From Myxococcota bacterium (GTDB taxonomy: Bacteria; Myxococcota_A; Polyangia; Polyangiales; Sandaracinaceae), in NCBI GenBank assembly GCA_036149055.1, contig JAYZQJ010000129.1, positions 1 through 16,123 on the forward strand: 16,123 nt of DNA, read 5' to 3'. Positions 6,800 to 16,123 of this stretch are shown here, in pieces. A program made the translations under genes and the position numbers. The notes beneath the pieces are model-generated. The model ran no database searches and was not told the origin of the DNA. It saw only the letters and a list, made by a program, of their open reading frames with translations. How positions within the stretch are numbered: the first letter of the stretch is position 1; every line of letters starts with the position of its first letter.

Positions 6800-8108
6800 G
6801 CACGGACTCGTCGCCGGACGGAGTCGGGCGGCGCAGGATCTCGACCCGGCGCACGTGCCGCTCGTCGGCCTCGCGCACGATGAGCTCGAAGCCGTGGGCC
6901 TCGATGGACTCGCCCTCGGCGGGGACGCGGCCGGCGAGCTCGACCACCATGCCGCCGACCGAGTCGTAGTCGCCGACGTCGCCCTCGAAGTCCGCCTCGA
7001 GCTCCTCGCTGAGGTCGTAGACCGAGACGCGCGCGTCGACCCACCAGCGGCCGTCCGCGAGCTCCTGGATCATCGGCTCCTCGGTGTCGTGCTCGTCCTG
7101 GATCTCGCCGACGATCTCCTCGACGATGTCCTCGAGCGTCACGATCCCGCTGGTGCCGCCGAACTCGTCGACCACCACCGCCAGGTGGAAGCGGCGGGCC
7201 TGCATCTCCCGGAGCAGCTGACCGATCTTGTGGGTCTCGGCCACGAAGAACACCGGCCGGCGGATGATCCGGCCGAGCGTCTGGGCCTCCATCTTCTCGC
7301 CGTCGAGCATGCCGTCCTTCAGCATGCGGAAGAGGTCCTTGGCGTAGAGGATGCCCTCGATCTGATCGACCCGGTCGCGGAAGACGGGATAGCGGCTGTG
7401 GCCCTCGCGCACGATGCTGTCGAGCACGTCGCCGAGCGGCGTGCCGATCTCGATCGCCTTCATCTGGGTGCGCGGCACCATCACCTCGCGGGCGACGGTG
7501 TCCTTGAACTCCAGGACGCTGAGCAGGAGCTCCGCGAAGTCCTCCGGGATCGAGCCGCTCTCCTCGCGCTGCTCGATCATGTGCTCGACCTCTCGCACCG
7601 CGTGGTCACCCTCGCTGGGCGGCGGCGGGGCCGGGAAGCGGCGGTCGAGGAAGAGCACCAGCGCGCCGAGCGGCACGCCGAACGGCCAGACCAGCAGCTC
7701 CAGCGGCCGCAGCCAGCGGGCCATCGGCAGGGCCCAGCTCACCGCCCGAGCCCGGGCGACCGCGCCGAAGCCGACCGCGAGCGCGGCGTAGAGGAGCGCG
7801 ACCCCGCCGAGGCCGAGCCCGGTCACCCACCAGGGGCCGAGCTTGTCGGACAGCCGGACGGTGAGGCCAACCGCCACCACGATCGCGATGACGCGCCCCG
7901 TCAGCAGGCGGGTGTGCAGGTGCGGCAGCTCCGCGAGGATCCGCCCCGCGGTGCGCCCGTCCCGCCCCGCCTCCTCCCGCGCCGCGATCAGGCGCACCTC
8001 ACCGTAGGTGGTGATGGCGCCTTCGAGGGCAGAGAGGGCCGCACCCGCCACGATCGACGTGAGGATCGCGACGAGCTCGATACCTGGACCTTCGAGTGAT
8101 TCGCTCAA
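6786..8108 (-). CDS. HlyC/CorC family (CNNM/DUF21 + tandem CBS + CorC_HlyC) Mg2+/Co2+ transport-associated protein
   Basis: N-terminal hydrophobic helices; FKDTVAREVMVPR, GHSRYPVF, GILYAKDL, HLAVVVDEFGGTSGIVTLEDIVEEIVGEIQDEHD, YDSVGG...GRVP. Likely TTG start at 8108 with GGAGA upstream; the track's extension to 8492 is spurious. Confidence 0.93.
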   Translation of the reverse strand: MSESLEGPGIELVAILTSIVAGAALSALEGAITTYGEVRLIAAREEAGRDGRTAGRILAELPHLHTRLLTGRVIAIVVAVGLTVRLSDKLGPWWVTGLGLGGVALLYAALAVGFGAVARARAVSWALPMARWLRPLELLVWPFGVPLGALVLFLDRRFPAPPPPSEGDHAVREVEHMIEQREESGSIPEDFAELLLSVLEFKDTVAREVMVPRTQMKAIEIGTPLGDVLDSIVREGHSRYPVFRDRVDQIEGILYAKDLFRMLKDGMLDGEKMEAQTLGRIIRRPVFFVAETHKIGQLLREMQARRFHLAVVVDEFGGTSGIVTLEDIVEEIVGEIQDEHDTEEPMIQELADGRWWVDARVSVYDLSEELEADFEGDVGDYDSVGGMVVELAGRVPAEGESIEAHGFELIVREADERHVRRVEILRRPTPSGDESVHAAE

Positions 8109-8241
8109 CGTGGGTCTCCGCCCGTCCGCGGCCTCCCCCCTGCCCCCTCTCGGAGGCGCTGCTGGAGGCGCTTTTCTTCGTGCGCCGTGGAGGTCCGCGA
8201 GGGGTGGCCGGGCCGCAGCGCGGCCGCCCCGGGCAGCGTCG

Positions 8242-8270
8242 AGATTAATCCCGTGGATCCGGCCCCGCAA
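8242..8270 (-). promoter_or_regulatory. Putative sigma70-type promoter for the CorC/HlyC gene
   Basis: Minus strand reads TTGCGG-N17-TAATCT, in a locally AT-rich patch of an otherwise very GC-rich intergenic region. Confidence 0.45.
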
Positions 8271-8332
8271 GCAGGCGCTGCCCCACAGCTCCCGGACCGG
8301 CCCCCTCCCCCGGCCGGGCCGCGACGCGGGCC

Positions 8333-9016
8333 TCAATCGTCGAAGCGGATGGCGCCCATGTCGAGCAGCTCCACCAGGGTCCGGAGCGCGTCGAGGCGCG
8401 GCATGCCGCTGACGTCGATCAGCTCCTCGAGGGAGTGCTCGCCGTCCACCCGCGAGAGGAGGAAACCGGCCCGGTGGTCGAGGCCGAGCCATCGGATCTC
8501 CTCGTCCTGGACCCCGACGCGCGGCATGCGCTCGAGCGAGCCGAGGCGCGAGCCATGGAGCGACGCCAGCTTCTCGCGGCAGCTCTCCGAGATCTTGGTC
8601 GCCTCGGCGTGGCCCTCGTGTCGCCCGAGCAGCAGCTCGGCCACCCGCAGCGCGGCGGTGTAGTCACCGAGGGCGTAGCGGTCGCGCATCTCCTCGGTCA
8701 GGTCGATGGTCGGGCTCGCCGGGCGCGAGCGGCGGGCCACCAGCTCGAGCGCCCCCGCCTCCTCCACGCCGTCGTCGAGCTTCAGCGCCGGCTGGCTCGG
8801 CGGCCGCGAGCCCGGCCGCTGCCGCGACCAGGCGTCCTCGGCCTCCGGCAGCGCGGGCGCCGCGTCCCCCTCGACCTCGCCCGGCAGCCGCAGCTCGTCC
8901 GCCTCGCCCTTCGGCGCCTGCGACGGCCGCTCGCCGGGCAGCAAGAGCGGATCGGCGGAGAAGCGCAAGGTCACGCGCTCGCGCTTCCGAAACGGCCGGC
9001 CGTCCTCGTCGCTCAT
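8333..9016 (-). CDS. Hypothetical protein: disordered N-terminus, one TPR-like helical pair, C-terminal winged-helix-like domain
   Basis: EEMRDRYALGDYTAALRVAELLL (TPR-like). C-terminal LDHRAGFLLSRVDGEHSLEELIDVSGMPRLDALRTLVELLDMGAI resembles the myxobacterial DUF4388-associated wHTH pattern. Confidence 0.85.
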   Translation of the reverse strand: MSDEDGRPFRKRERVTLRFSADPLLLPGERPSQAPKGEADELRLPGEVEGDAAPALPEAEDAWSRQRPGSRPPSQPALKLDDGVEEAGALELVARRSRPASPTIDLTEEMRDRYALGDYTAALRVAELLLGRHEGHAEATKISESCREKLASLHGSRLGSLERMPRVGVQDEEIRWLGLDHRAGFLLSRVDGEHSLEELIDVSGMPRLDALRTLVELLDMGAIRFDD

Positions 9017-9064
9017 GCTCCCGAATGATCGCGCGTCGGAGCGGTGGGTTCAAATTCGAGCACA

Positions 9065-9497
9065 CGGAGCTCTCGGGTGGCTCTCGCCAAGCCGCAAAGC
9101 CGCAAAGGGACAAAGGGGCAGCGGGATGGTCGATCGCCAGGCGGGACCCGGCGGCCAGGCGGTCCGACCGGCCTGGCTGGCTCCGGGCCCTCGTGGGGAC
9201 TTGGCGGCTTTGCGCCTTTGCGCGAGCCCCTCGTCGAAGCGTCGGATACGAGCGAGGATCCTCCGGTGCCCTTCCCATGCGCCGGTGGCGCTCGACGAGA
9301 GACTCGGAGCTCTCGGGTGACTCTCGCCAAGCCGCAAAGCCGCAAAGGGACGAAGGGGCAGCGGGATGGCCGGTCGCCAGGCGGGACCCGGCGGCCGGGC
9401 GGTCCGACCGGCCTGGCTGGCTCCGGGCCCTCGCGGGGACTTGGCGGCTTTGCGCCTTTGCGCGAGCCCCTCGTCGAAGCGTCGGATACGAGCGAGG
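9065..9497 (-). repeat. Two tandem copies (period 240 bp) of the complete inverted-end element
   Basis: 9065-9257 and 9305-9497 differ at about 6 positions, all transitions. Each has a forward core (9081-9107, 9321-9347) and a reverse core (9200-9226, 9440-9466), followed by CTCGTCGAAGCGTCGGATACG. They are homologous to the reverse complement of ~5475-5648. Confidence 0.95.
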
Positions 9498-9510
9498 GAC
9501 CGAAGGATCA

Positions 9511-9540
9511 CACGGGCACGGGCACGGGCAGGGGCACGGG
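9511..9540. repeat. Hexamer tract (GGGCA[C/G])n
   Basis: CACGGGCACGGGCACGGGCAGGGGCACGGG, an inverted copy of the tract at 4991-5020. Confidence 0.85.
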
Positions 9541-9566
9541 GGCCTGGCCGGCTTCGCCGGTCAGGC

Positions 9567-9567
<1 letters not shown>
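9541..9567 (-). terminator. GC hairpin immediately after the dnaK stop
   Basis: GGCCTGGCCGGC-TTC-GCCGGTCAGGCC, a 12-bp stem with one non-Watson-Crick pair, abutting the TAG. No U-tract. Confidence 0.5.
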
Positions 9568-11393
<1,826 letters not shown>

Positions 11394-11519
11394 GGGTCTC
11401 CCTCAATCCACCCTGAGCGTGCGCCAGCCGGAGCCAGCTCCCCGGGCACCACACCCAGCACGGATCGGATACCACGAATCGTGCCGGGATCGACGCCATT
11501 GTTGTCTCGATGCGTGCTG

Positions 11520-13688
11520 TCAGGCATCCAGATCGCGTAGGAGATTCTCGACCATCTCGTCCGCCGGGTCCAGCGCCGCGGCGCGCTGGAGCACTCGACG
11601 GGCGTTCAGGGTCAGCCCGGCCGCGAGGTAGATCCGCCCCAGGGCGCGGAGGTTCTCGATGTTGTCGGGCTCGAGCTCGGCCGCCTTCTGGGCGAAGCTC
11701 TTGGCCTTGTGGAGGTCGCCCTTGGCCTCGACCAGGGCCTCCGCGGCCATCCGGGCGGCCTTCGCGTCGCTCGGCCGGCCCTCGAAGACCTTGGCCCAGC
11801 TCAGCGCGGCCGCCCCCCACTTGCCGTGGCGCTGCTCGTAGAGGGCCTGCTCCTCGTAGGTGGTCGACATCGAGCTGGCGAGCTGGCTGTTGATGGCCGC
11901 GTGGCGCTCCCGCAGCTCCTCGTCCTCCGGGTCGAGCGCCATCGCGAGGCGCAGCTCGGCCGCCGCCTCCGCGAGGTCACCCTTCCGCTTGGCCCGCTCG
12001 GCCATCAGCACGTGGCGGCGCAGCGGGTCGACCCCACCGGTCTGGGACGCGGTCTGGCGCAGGCTGCCGGCGAGGCTCTTGAGCAGCTGCTTGCGGTCGG
12101 ACTTGTGCGCCTCTCCGTCGGCCGGGGGCGCGGCGGGCGGGCTCGAGGAGCCGCGGCGGGCCGAGGCGGCGCGGGCGGCGCTCCGGAGCTTGCGGGCCAT
12201 CAGCTCCTTGGCCCGGCGCCGGCCGGCCTCGGTCATCTCGCGGGTGGGCGCCGGACGCGCCCGCTCCGAGGTCGGGGCCTGGCTCGAGGTCGGGGTCGAG
12301 GTCGGGGTCGCCTCCGGCTCGGGAACGACCTCGGGCTCGGTCGGCTCGTCGGGCGGCACGGAGCGCCCGGCGGCGATGTCCGCCTCCTGCCGCGCCGCCT
12401 CCTCGGCCGCCCGGAACGCCTCCTCGCCCTGGGCGTCGATCTCGCCGGTGGCGCGCTCCACCGCCCGGGTCTGGTCCTGCAGGCCGAGGTAGCGGTCGTA
12501 GTCCGCCCGCGGTCGCTTCTTGCCCAGCACCTCGTAGGCCTCGGTCAGGCGCTGGAAGATCGACTCCATCTTCGCCTTGTAGGAGCCGAGCCGCTTCCGG
12601 AACATCGTGTCCGGGTGGAAGACCTTGGAGAGCGTGAAGTACGCGTGCCGGATCTCCTTCCGGTCCGCGTCCCGCTCCACCCCGAGCACCCGGTAGTGAT
12701 CGAGCAGGTCGAGCGCGAAGTAGAGGTCGTCGATCCGCTTCCGCCGCGCCGCGTCCAGGTCGAGCTCCTCCTCGTCGTCCTCCTCGAGCACGGCCCCCGC
12801 CCCCCCCACGGACTCGGGCTCGGCCTCGGCTACGGGCTCGGGCTCGGGCTCGGGCTCGGACTCGGATTCGGGCTCGGATTCGGGCTCGGGCCCGGCGACG
12901 GGCTCGGGCTCGGCGACGGTCTCGGGCTCGGCCTCGGCCTCCGACGAAGCACCGAGGCGTCTCACCCCGACCGGGTTCAACTCGGGAAACGTCTCCCGCT
13001 CCACCCCCGCCGCGTCGGCCAGCATGCTCGCGGCGTCGAAGAGCGCGTGCAGCCCGGAGTCCTCCCCCGGCAGATCCTCGATCTCGTCGTCGGCCGGCGG
13101 CGGTCGCACCGTCTCCGCGGTCCCCATCGCCTCCGCCTCGTCCGCCTCCTCGGCGAACGCCTCGAGCTCCCGCTCGGCCTCGGCGAGCAGATCGTCGGCC
13201 TCGTCCGCGTCGTCGACCTCGCCGGGCGGGAACATGCTGCCGGTGTGGGACGCCCGCGGCGGCACGCTCGGGCGCCGCGCGCTCTCCACCCGGTCCTCGC
13301 GGGCGGCGCCCTTGTAGACGCCGTCGGTCGAGCGCGGCTTCGCGGACGGCTTGACGATCCGGACCGGCCCGCGGGTGCGGCGGTGGGCCGGGGTCCGCAG
13401 CGACGGCGGCACGTTCACCGGGCCCGACGGGGTGCGGGTCGGCGGCCGGCCAGTGGCCCGCGGCAGGCTCACCGACTCCCGGGCCCACTCGACCGCGCCG
13501 AGCTCGATCAGCTTCTTCACCACCTTGGTGACGTCGAGCTCGCCGAGGTTGGTCAGATCGCCGAGCGTCGCGAGATCCGCCGCGCCGTCGATGCGCGACA
13601 GCACGAACCCCTCCAGCGGAGACAGCGGAAGCTCGGTGAGATCCACGCCGGCGACGAGCCGGGGGACTCTGGCGCTCTGTTCGACCAT
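11520..13688 (-). CDS. J-domain (DnaJ-type, class C) co-chaperone with N-terminal wHTH-like domain, acidic linker and C-terminal TPRs
   Basis: DHYRVLGVERDADRKEIRHAYFTLSKVFHPD...FQRLTEAYEVL...RADYD (HPD codons 12609-12617). TPR-like C-terminus (KAAELEPDNIENLRALGRIYLAAGLTLNARRVLQRAAALDP). No G/F region or zinc finger. Confidence 0.93.
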   Translation of the reverse strand: MVEQSARVPRLVAGVDLTELPLSPLEGFVLSRIDGAADLATLGDLTNLGELDVTKVVKKLIELGAVEWARESVSLPRATGRPPTRTPSGPVNVPPSLRTPAHRRTRGPVRIVKPSAKPRSTDGVYKGAAREDRVESARRPSVPPRASHTGSMFPPGEVDDADEADDLLAEAERELEAFAEEADEAEAMGTAETVRPPPADDEIEDLPGEDSGLHALFDAASMLADAAGVERETFPELNPVGVRRLGASSEAEAEPETVAEPEPVAGPEPESEPESESEPEPEPEPVAEAEPESVGGAGAVLEEDDEEELDLDAARRKRIDDLYFALDLLDHYRVLGVERDADRKEIRHAYFTLSKVFHPDTMFRKRLGSYKAKMESIFQRLTEAYEVLGKKRPRADYDRYLGLQDQTRAVERATGEIDAQGEEAFRAAEEAARQEADIAAGRSVPPDEPTEPEVVPEPEATPTSTPTSSQAPTSERARPAPTREMTEAGRRRAKELMARKLRSAARAASARRGSSSPPAAPPADGEAHKSDRKQLLKSLAGSLRQTASQTGGVDPLRRHVLMAERAKRKGDLAEAAAELRLAMALDPEDEELRERHAAINSQLASSMSTTYEEQALYEQRHGKWGAAALSWAKVFEGRPSDAKAARMAAEALVEAKGDLHKAKSFAQKAAELEPDNIENLRALGRIYLAAGLTLNARRVLQRAAALDPADEMVENLLRDLDA
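12810..12940 (-). repeat. Coding hexamer repeats giving an (EP/ES/EA)n acidic linker in the J-domain protein
   Basis: Runs of GGGCTC/GGACTC/GGATTC on the + strand encode EAEAEPETVAEPEPVAGPEPESEPESESEPEPEPEPVAEAEPES. Confidence 0.8.
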
Positions 13689-13716
13689 GGGGGGAGGGGT
13701 GGGGCGGCCCGCACCA

Positions 13717-13725
13717 AACCTAACA
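13717..13725 (-). promoter_or_regulatory. Putative extended -10 element for the J-protein/dnaK unit
   Basis: Minus strand TG-T-TAGGTT, 28 nt upstream of ATG 13688. Confidence 0.35.
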
Positions 13726-13783
13726 CCGATCTCGGCGAGGCCGGTAGCGTGTGCGAGACGCCTGTAACCCTACAGAAAACGCC

Positions 13784-14701
13784 CTAAAGCTCCGCGTTTC
13801 CGACGAGCTGCGCCAACAGCGCCTTTTGCGCGTGCAAACGGTTCTCGGCCTGCTTCCAGACGCGGCTCCGGGGGCCGTCGATGACCTCGGCCGAGACCTC
13901 CTCGCCGCGGTGCGCGGGCAGGCAATGCAGGAAGATCGCGTCCGCGCCCGCCTTCTCCATCAGCGCCGAGTCCACGCAGAAGCCGGCGAACGCCGCCTGA
14001 CGGGCCGCGTTCTCGTCCTCCTGGCCCATGCTCGCCCAGACGTCGGTGGTGACCACGTCGACGCCCTCCACCGCCTCGGCCGGGTCGCGAACGACGGTGA
14101 CATCCGCGCCGAGCTCCCGCGCGGTCCGGACGATGGACGGATCGGGATCGTAGCCCTCCGGGCAGGCGAGCCGGAGCTTCAGCCCGGTGCGCGCGGCGGC
14201 GAGGATCCAGGAGTGGGCCATGTTGTTGCCGTCGCCGATCCAGGCCGCGGTCTTGCCCTCGAGCGCGCCGAAGCAGCCGCGCACCGTCTGCAGATCCGCG
14301 AGGAGCTGGCAGGGGTGGTAGGTGTCGGAGAGGCCGTTGATCACCGGGATGGTCGCGTGCTCGGCGAGCGCCTCGATGCGGTCGTGGCCGAAGGTCCGAT
14401 AGACCACCGCGTGCGCGTAGCCCGAGAACATCCGGGCGGTGTCCGAGAGCGGCTCGCCGCGGCCGAGCTGGGTGTGCTGGCTGATGAGCGTGAGCGGGTG
14501 GCCGCCCAGCTCGTGCACGCCGACCTCGAAGGACACGCGGGTGCGGGTCGAGGCCTTCTCGAGGAGGATCACCACGGTCTTGCCGGCGAGGGGCCGCGGG
14601 TGGCGGTCCGTGCCGCGGCTCGCCGCGAGCGCGTCCGCCTGATCGAGCAGCCCGGCCACCTCCTCGCGGCTCAGGTCCAGCAGCGTACGAAAGTGCCTCA
14701 T
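13784..14701 (-). CDS. argF: Ornithine carbamoyltransferase
   Basis: STRTR carbamoyl-phosphate motif, HPCQ, GDGNNMA, DVWASMG, HCLP, QAENRLH. True start MRHFRTLLD at ATG 14701 overlaps the argD stop (ATGA). Confidence 0.97.
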   Translation of the reverse strand: MRHFRTLLDLSREEVAGLLDQADALAASRGTDRHPRPLAGKTVVILLEKASTRTRVSFEVGVHELGGHPLTLISQHTQLGRGEPLSDTARMFSGYAHAVVYRTFGHDRIEALAEHATIPVINGLSDTYHPCQLLADLQTVRGCFGALEGKTAAWIGDGNNMAHSWILAAARTGLKLRLACPEGYDPDPSIVRTARELGADVTVVRDPAEAVEGVDVVTTDVWASMGQEDENAARQAAFAGFCVDSALMEKAGADAIFLHCLPAHRGEEVSAEVIDGPRSRVWKQAENRLHAQKALLAQLVGNAEL

Positions 14702-15906
14702 GCCTCCACCTTCCGGAGCAGTCGCCCCACCCGCTCGAGCGCCTCGTCGACGTCGGCCTCGGTCACGTTCAGCGGGGGCGCGAGCCGGAGCACGGTGCCG
14801 CCCGCGATCGACGCGAGCATCTTCTCCTCGTCGCGCAGCCGCCCGTAGACCTCGCGGGCGTCGACGGCGTCGGAGAGGCGCACGCCGCGGAGCAGCCCGC
14901 GCCCGCGCGCCTCGACGGCGGCCGGCGCGCTCGCCGCGATCGCCTCGAGCCCGGCGCCGAGGCGCTCGCCCATGCGCTTGGCGTTCTCGAGCAGCCCCTC
15001 CTCGTCCATGATCGCGAGGACCGCGAGCCCGGCCGCGCAAGCGAGCGGGTTGCCGCCGAAGGTGCTGGCGTGGGTCCCCGGGGGCAGCCCGTCGGCCACG
15101 TGCTCGCGCACCGCGATGCCGCCGATCGGGAAGCCGCCGCCCATGCCCTTGGCGAGCGCGCAGCCGTCGGGCACCACCCCGCTGTGCTCGCGGGCGAGGA
15201 AGGTGCCGGTCCGCCCGTAGCCGGTCTGCACCTCGTCGAAGAAGAGCAGCGCGCCGATCTCGTCGCAGAGCGCGCGGGCGCCGCGGAGGTAGTCGTCGCT
15301 CGGGACCACGATGCCGCCCTCGCCCTGCACGGGCTCGAGGAAGACGGCCGCGGTGCGCTCGTTCACCGCCGCCTTAAGCGCGTCGAGGTCGTCGTAGGGC
15401 ACGTGGGAGACCCCCCCGACCATGGGGCCCATGCCCTCGTGGTACTTGGGCTGCCCGGTCAGCGCGAGCGCGCCCATCGTGCGGCCGTGGAAGCTGTGCT
15501 CGGCGGCGACGAGCTCGACCTTGTCCTTCCGGCCGTGCTGGAAGTGCCAGTGCCGGGCGAGCTTGAGCAGGGCCTCGTTGGCCTCGGTGCCGCTGTTCGC
15601 GAAGTAGACCTTGTCGAACGGCGTGCGCTCGGTGATCGCGTGTGCGAGCTCGATCGCGCGGTCGTTGTAGAAGAGGTTCGAGGTGTGCATCAGGCGTCCC
15701 GCCTGGGCGGCGATGGCCTCGACCAGCTTCGGGTGCGCGTGCCCGACGCTCAGGACGGCGATGCCGCCGCTGAAGTCGAGGTACTCGTTCCCCTCGACGT
15801 CCCTGACGCGGCAGCCCTCGCCTTCGCTCAGCACGAAGGGCGGCGGACGGTAATTCGGCAGCTGCGCGCCCTGCGCCAGCGCCACCAGCTCGGCGTTGTC
15901 GGCCAT
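14698..15906 (-). CDS. argD: Acetylornithine aminotransferase (class III PLP)
   Basis: YLDFSGGIAV, NSGTEANE, SFHGRT, EPVQGEGG, DEVQTGYGRTG, LAKGMGGG (PLP lysine), HASTFGGNP. Adjacent to and coupled with argF. Start taken at MADNAEL. Confidence 0.95.
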   Translation of the reverse strand: MADNAELVALAQGAQLPNYRPPPFVLSEGEGCRVRDVEGNEYLDFSGGIAVLSVGHAHPKLVEAIAAQAGRLMHTSNLFYNDRAIELAHAITERTPFDKVYFANSGTEANEALLKLARHWHFQHGRKDKVELVAAEHSFHGRTMGALALTGQPKYHEGMGPMVGGVSHVPYDDLDALKAAVNERTAAVFLEPVQGEGGIVVPSDDYLRGARALCDEIGALLFFDEVQTGYGRTGTFLAREHSGVVPDGCALAKGMGGGFPIGGIAVREHVADGLPPGTHASTFGGNPLACAAGLAVLAIMDEEGLLENAKRMGERLGAGLEAIAASAPAAVEARGRGLLRGVRLSDAVDAREVYGRLRDEEKMLASIAGGTVLRLAPPLNVTEADVDEALERVGRLLRKVEA

Positions 15907-16067
15907 GCGCACCACATAGCACAAGGGAGGTCGCGCCACGTCGGCCCCCTTCGAGACCGCGGGGGCGATCGTCCCCATCCCCGAACGCCGCCCGCGTCCC
16001 GCTCGCCATCGGGGACGGTGTCCCCGTCGGGGACGATCCTATTCATTCATCGAACTCGGCGGCGTTA

Positions 16068-16123
16068 GCGGCGGCGGCAGCAGCAGCGGGGGCGGCAGCG
16101 GGGGCGGCAGCGGGGGCGGCAGC
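16068..16123. repeat. Low-complexity tandem repeat, (GCAGCGGGGGCG)x3 plus GCG/GCA triplets, truncated by the window edge
   Basis: Seen directly. It could encode a minus-strand C-terminus AAAPAAAPAAAPAAAAAAANAAEFDE* (stop 16043-16045), but this cannot be confirmed here. Confidence 0.6.

Noticed and set aside
4994..6883. Repeat-protein ORFs over the array (629, 312 and 388 aa; LAALRLCES/SRKGAKPP repeats)
   Set aside because: Several frames on both strands are open because of high GC. Unit lengths of 151 and 154 shift the frame, so peptide repeats swap between frames. No start signals are evident.
8109..8492. N-terminal extension of the CorC/HlyC ORF to 8492
   Set aside because: It overlaps the 8333-9016 gene and is low-complexity Arg/Pro/Gly. 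A TTG with an SD at 8108 gives a typical family length.
4991..9540. Autonomous IS or composite transposon
   Set aside because: No transposase, integrase or recombinase ORF and no clear target-site duplication. The enclosed genes look like ordinary chromosomal genes.
11470..11490. Sigma54 promoter upstream of dnaK (minus strand CGGCACGATTCGTGG)
   Set aside because: The -24 GGCACG is present but the -12 position reads GG instead of the required GC, which is too weak to call.
14702..15040. N-terminal extension of argF to 15040
   Set aside because: It lies inside argD in another frame. OTCase homology begins at MRHF (14701), with an ATGA overlap.
16043..16123. 3' end of an upstream minus-strand CDS (AAAP repeats)
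   Set aside because: Only 27 low-complexity codons are visible, rich in GCT codons unusual for this genome. It cannot be distinguished from an intergenic microsatellite.

Overview
GC-rich bacterial chromosomal segment, probably Myxococcota (Polyangiales/Sandaracinus-like gene content; this is an inference). It carries 11 credible CDSs: a MerR-HTH/TPR protein with a coupled hypothetical (-), a lipoprotein penicillin/AHL-acylase-family Ntn hydrolase and a degenerate metallophosphoesterase (+), then a long minus-strand run of argD, argF, a wHTH-like/J-domain/TPR co-chaperone, a non-canonical DnaK paralog, a TPR/wHTH-like hypothetical, a CorC/HlyC (CNNM-CBS) transporter and a small hypothetical. 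Two things stand out. (1) A non-coding ~150-bp repeat element bounded by 27-bp inverted ends made of CGC(A/C)AAG octamers. It forms a 1.4-kb bipolar array (4 forward + 6 reverse ends) at 4991-6430 and an inverted two-copy array at 9065-9540, and both loci share the order stop codon - GC hairpin - (TGCCC[G/C])n tract - element. (2) A putative dedicated Hsp70 module in which the J-protein and the gene downstream of dnaK share a homologous ~60-aa domain.
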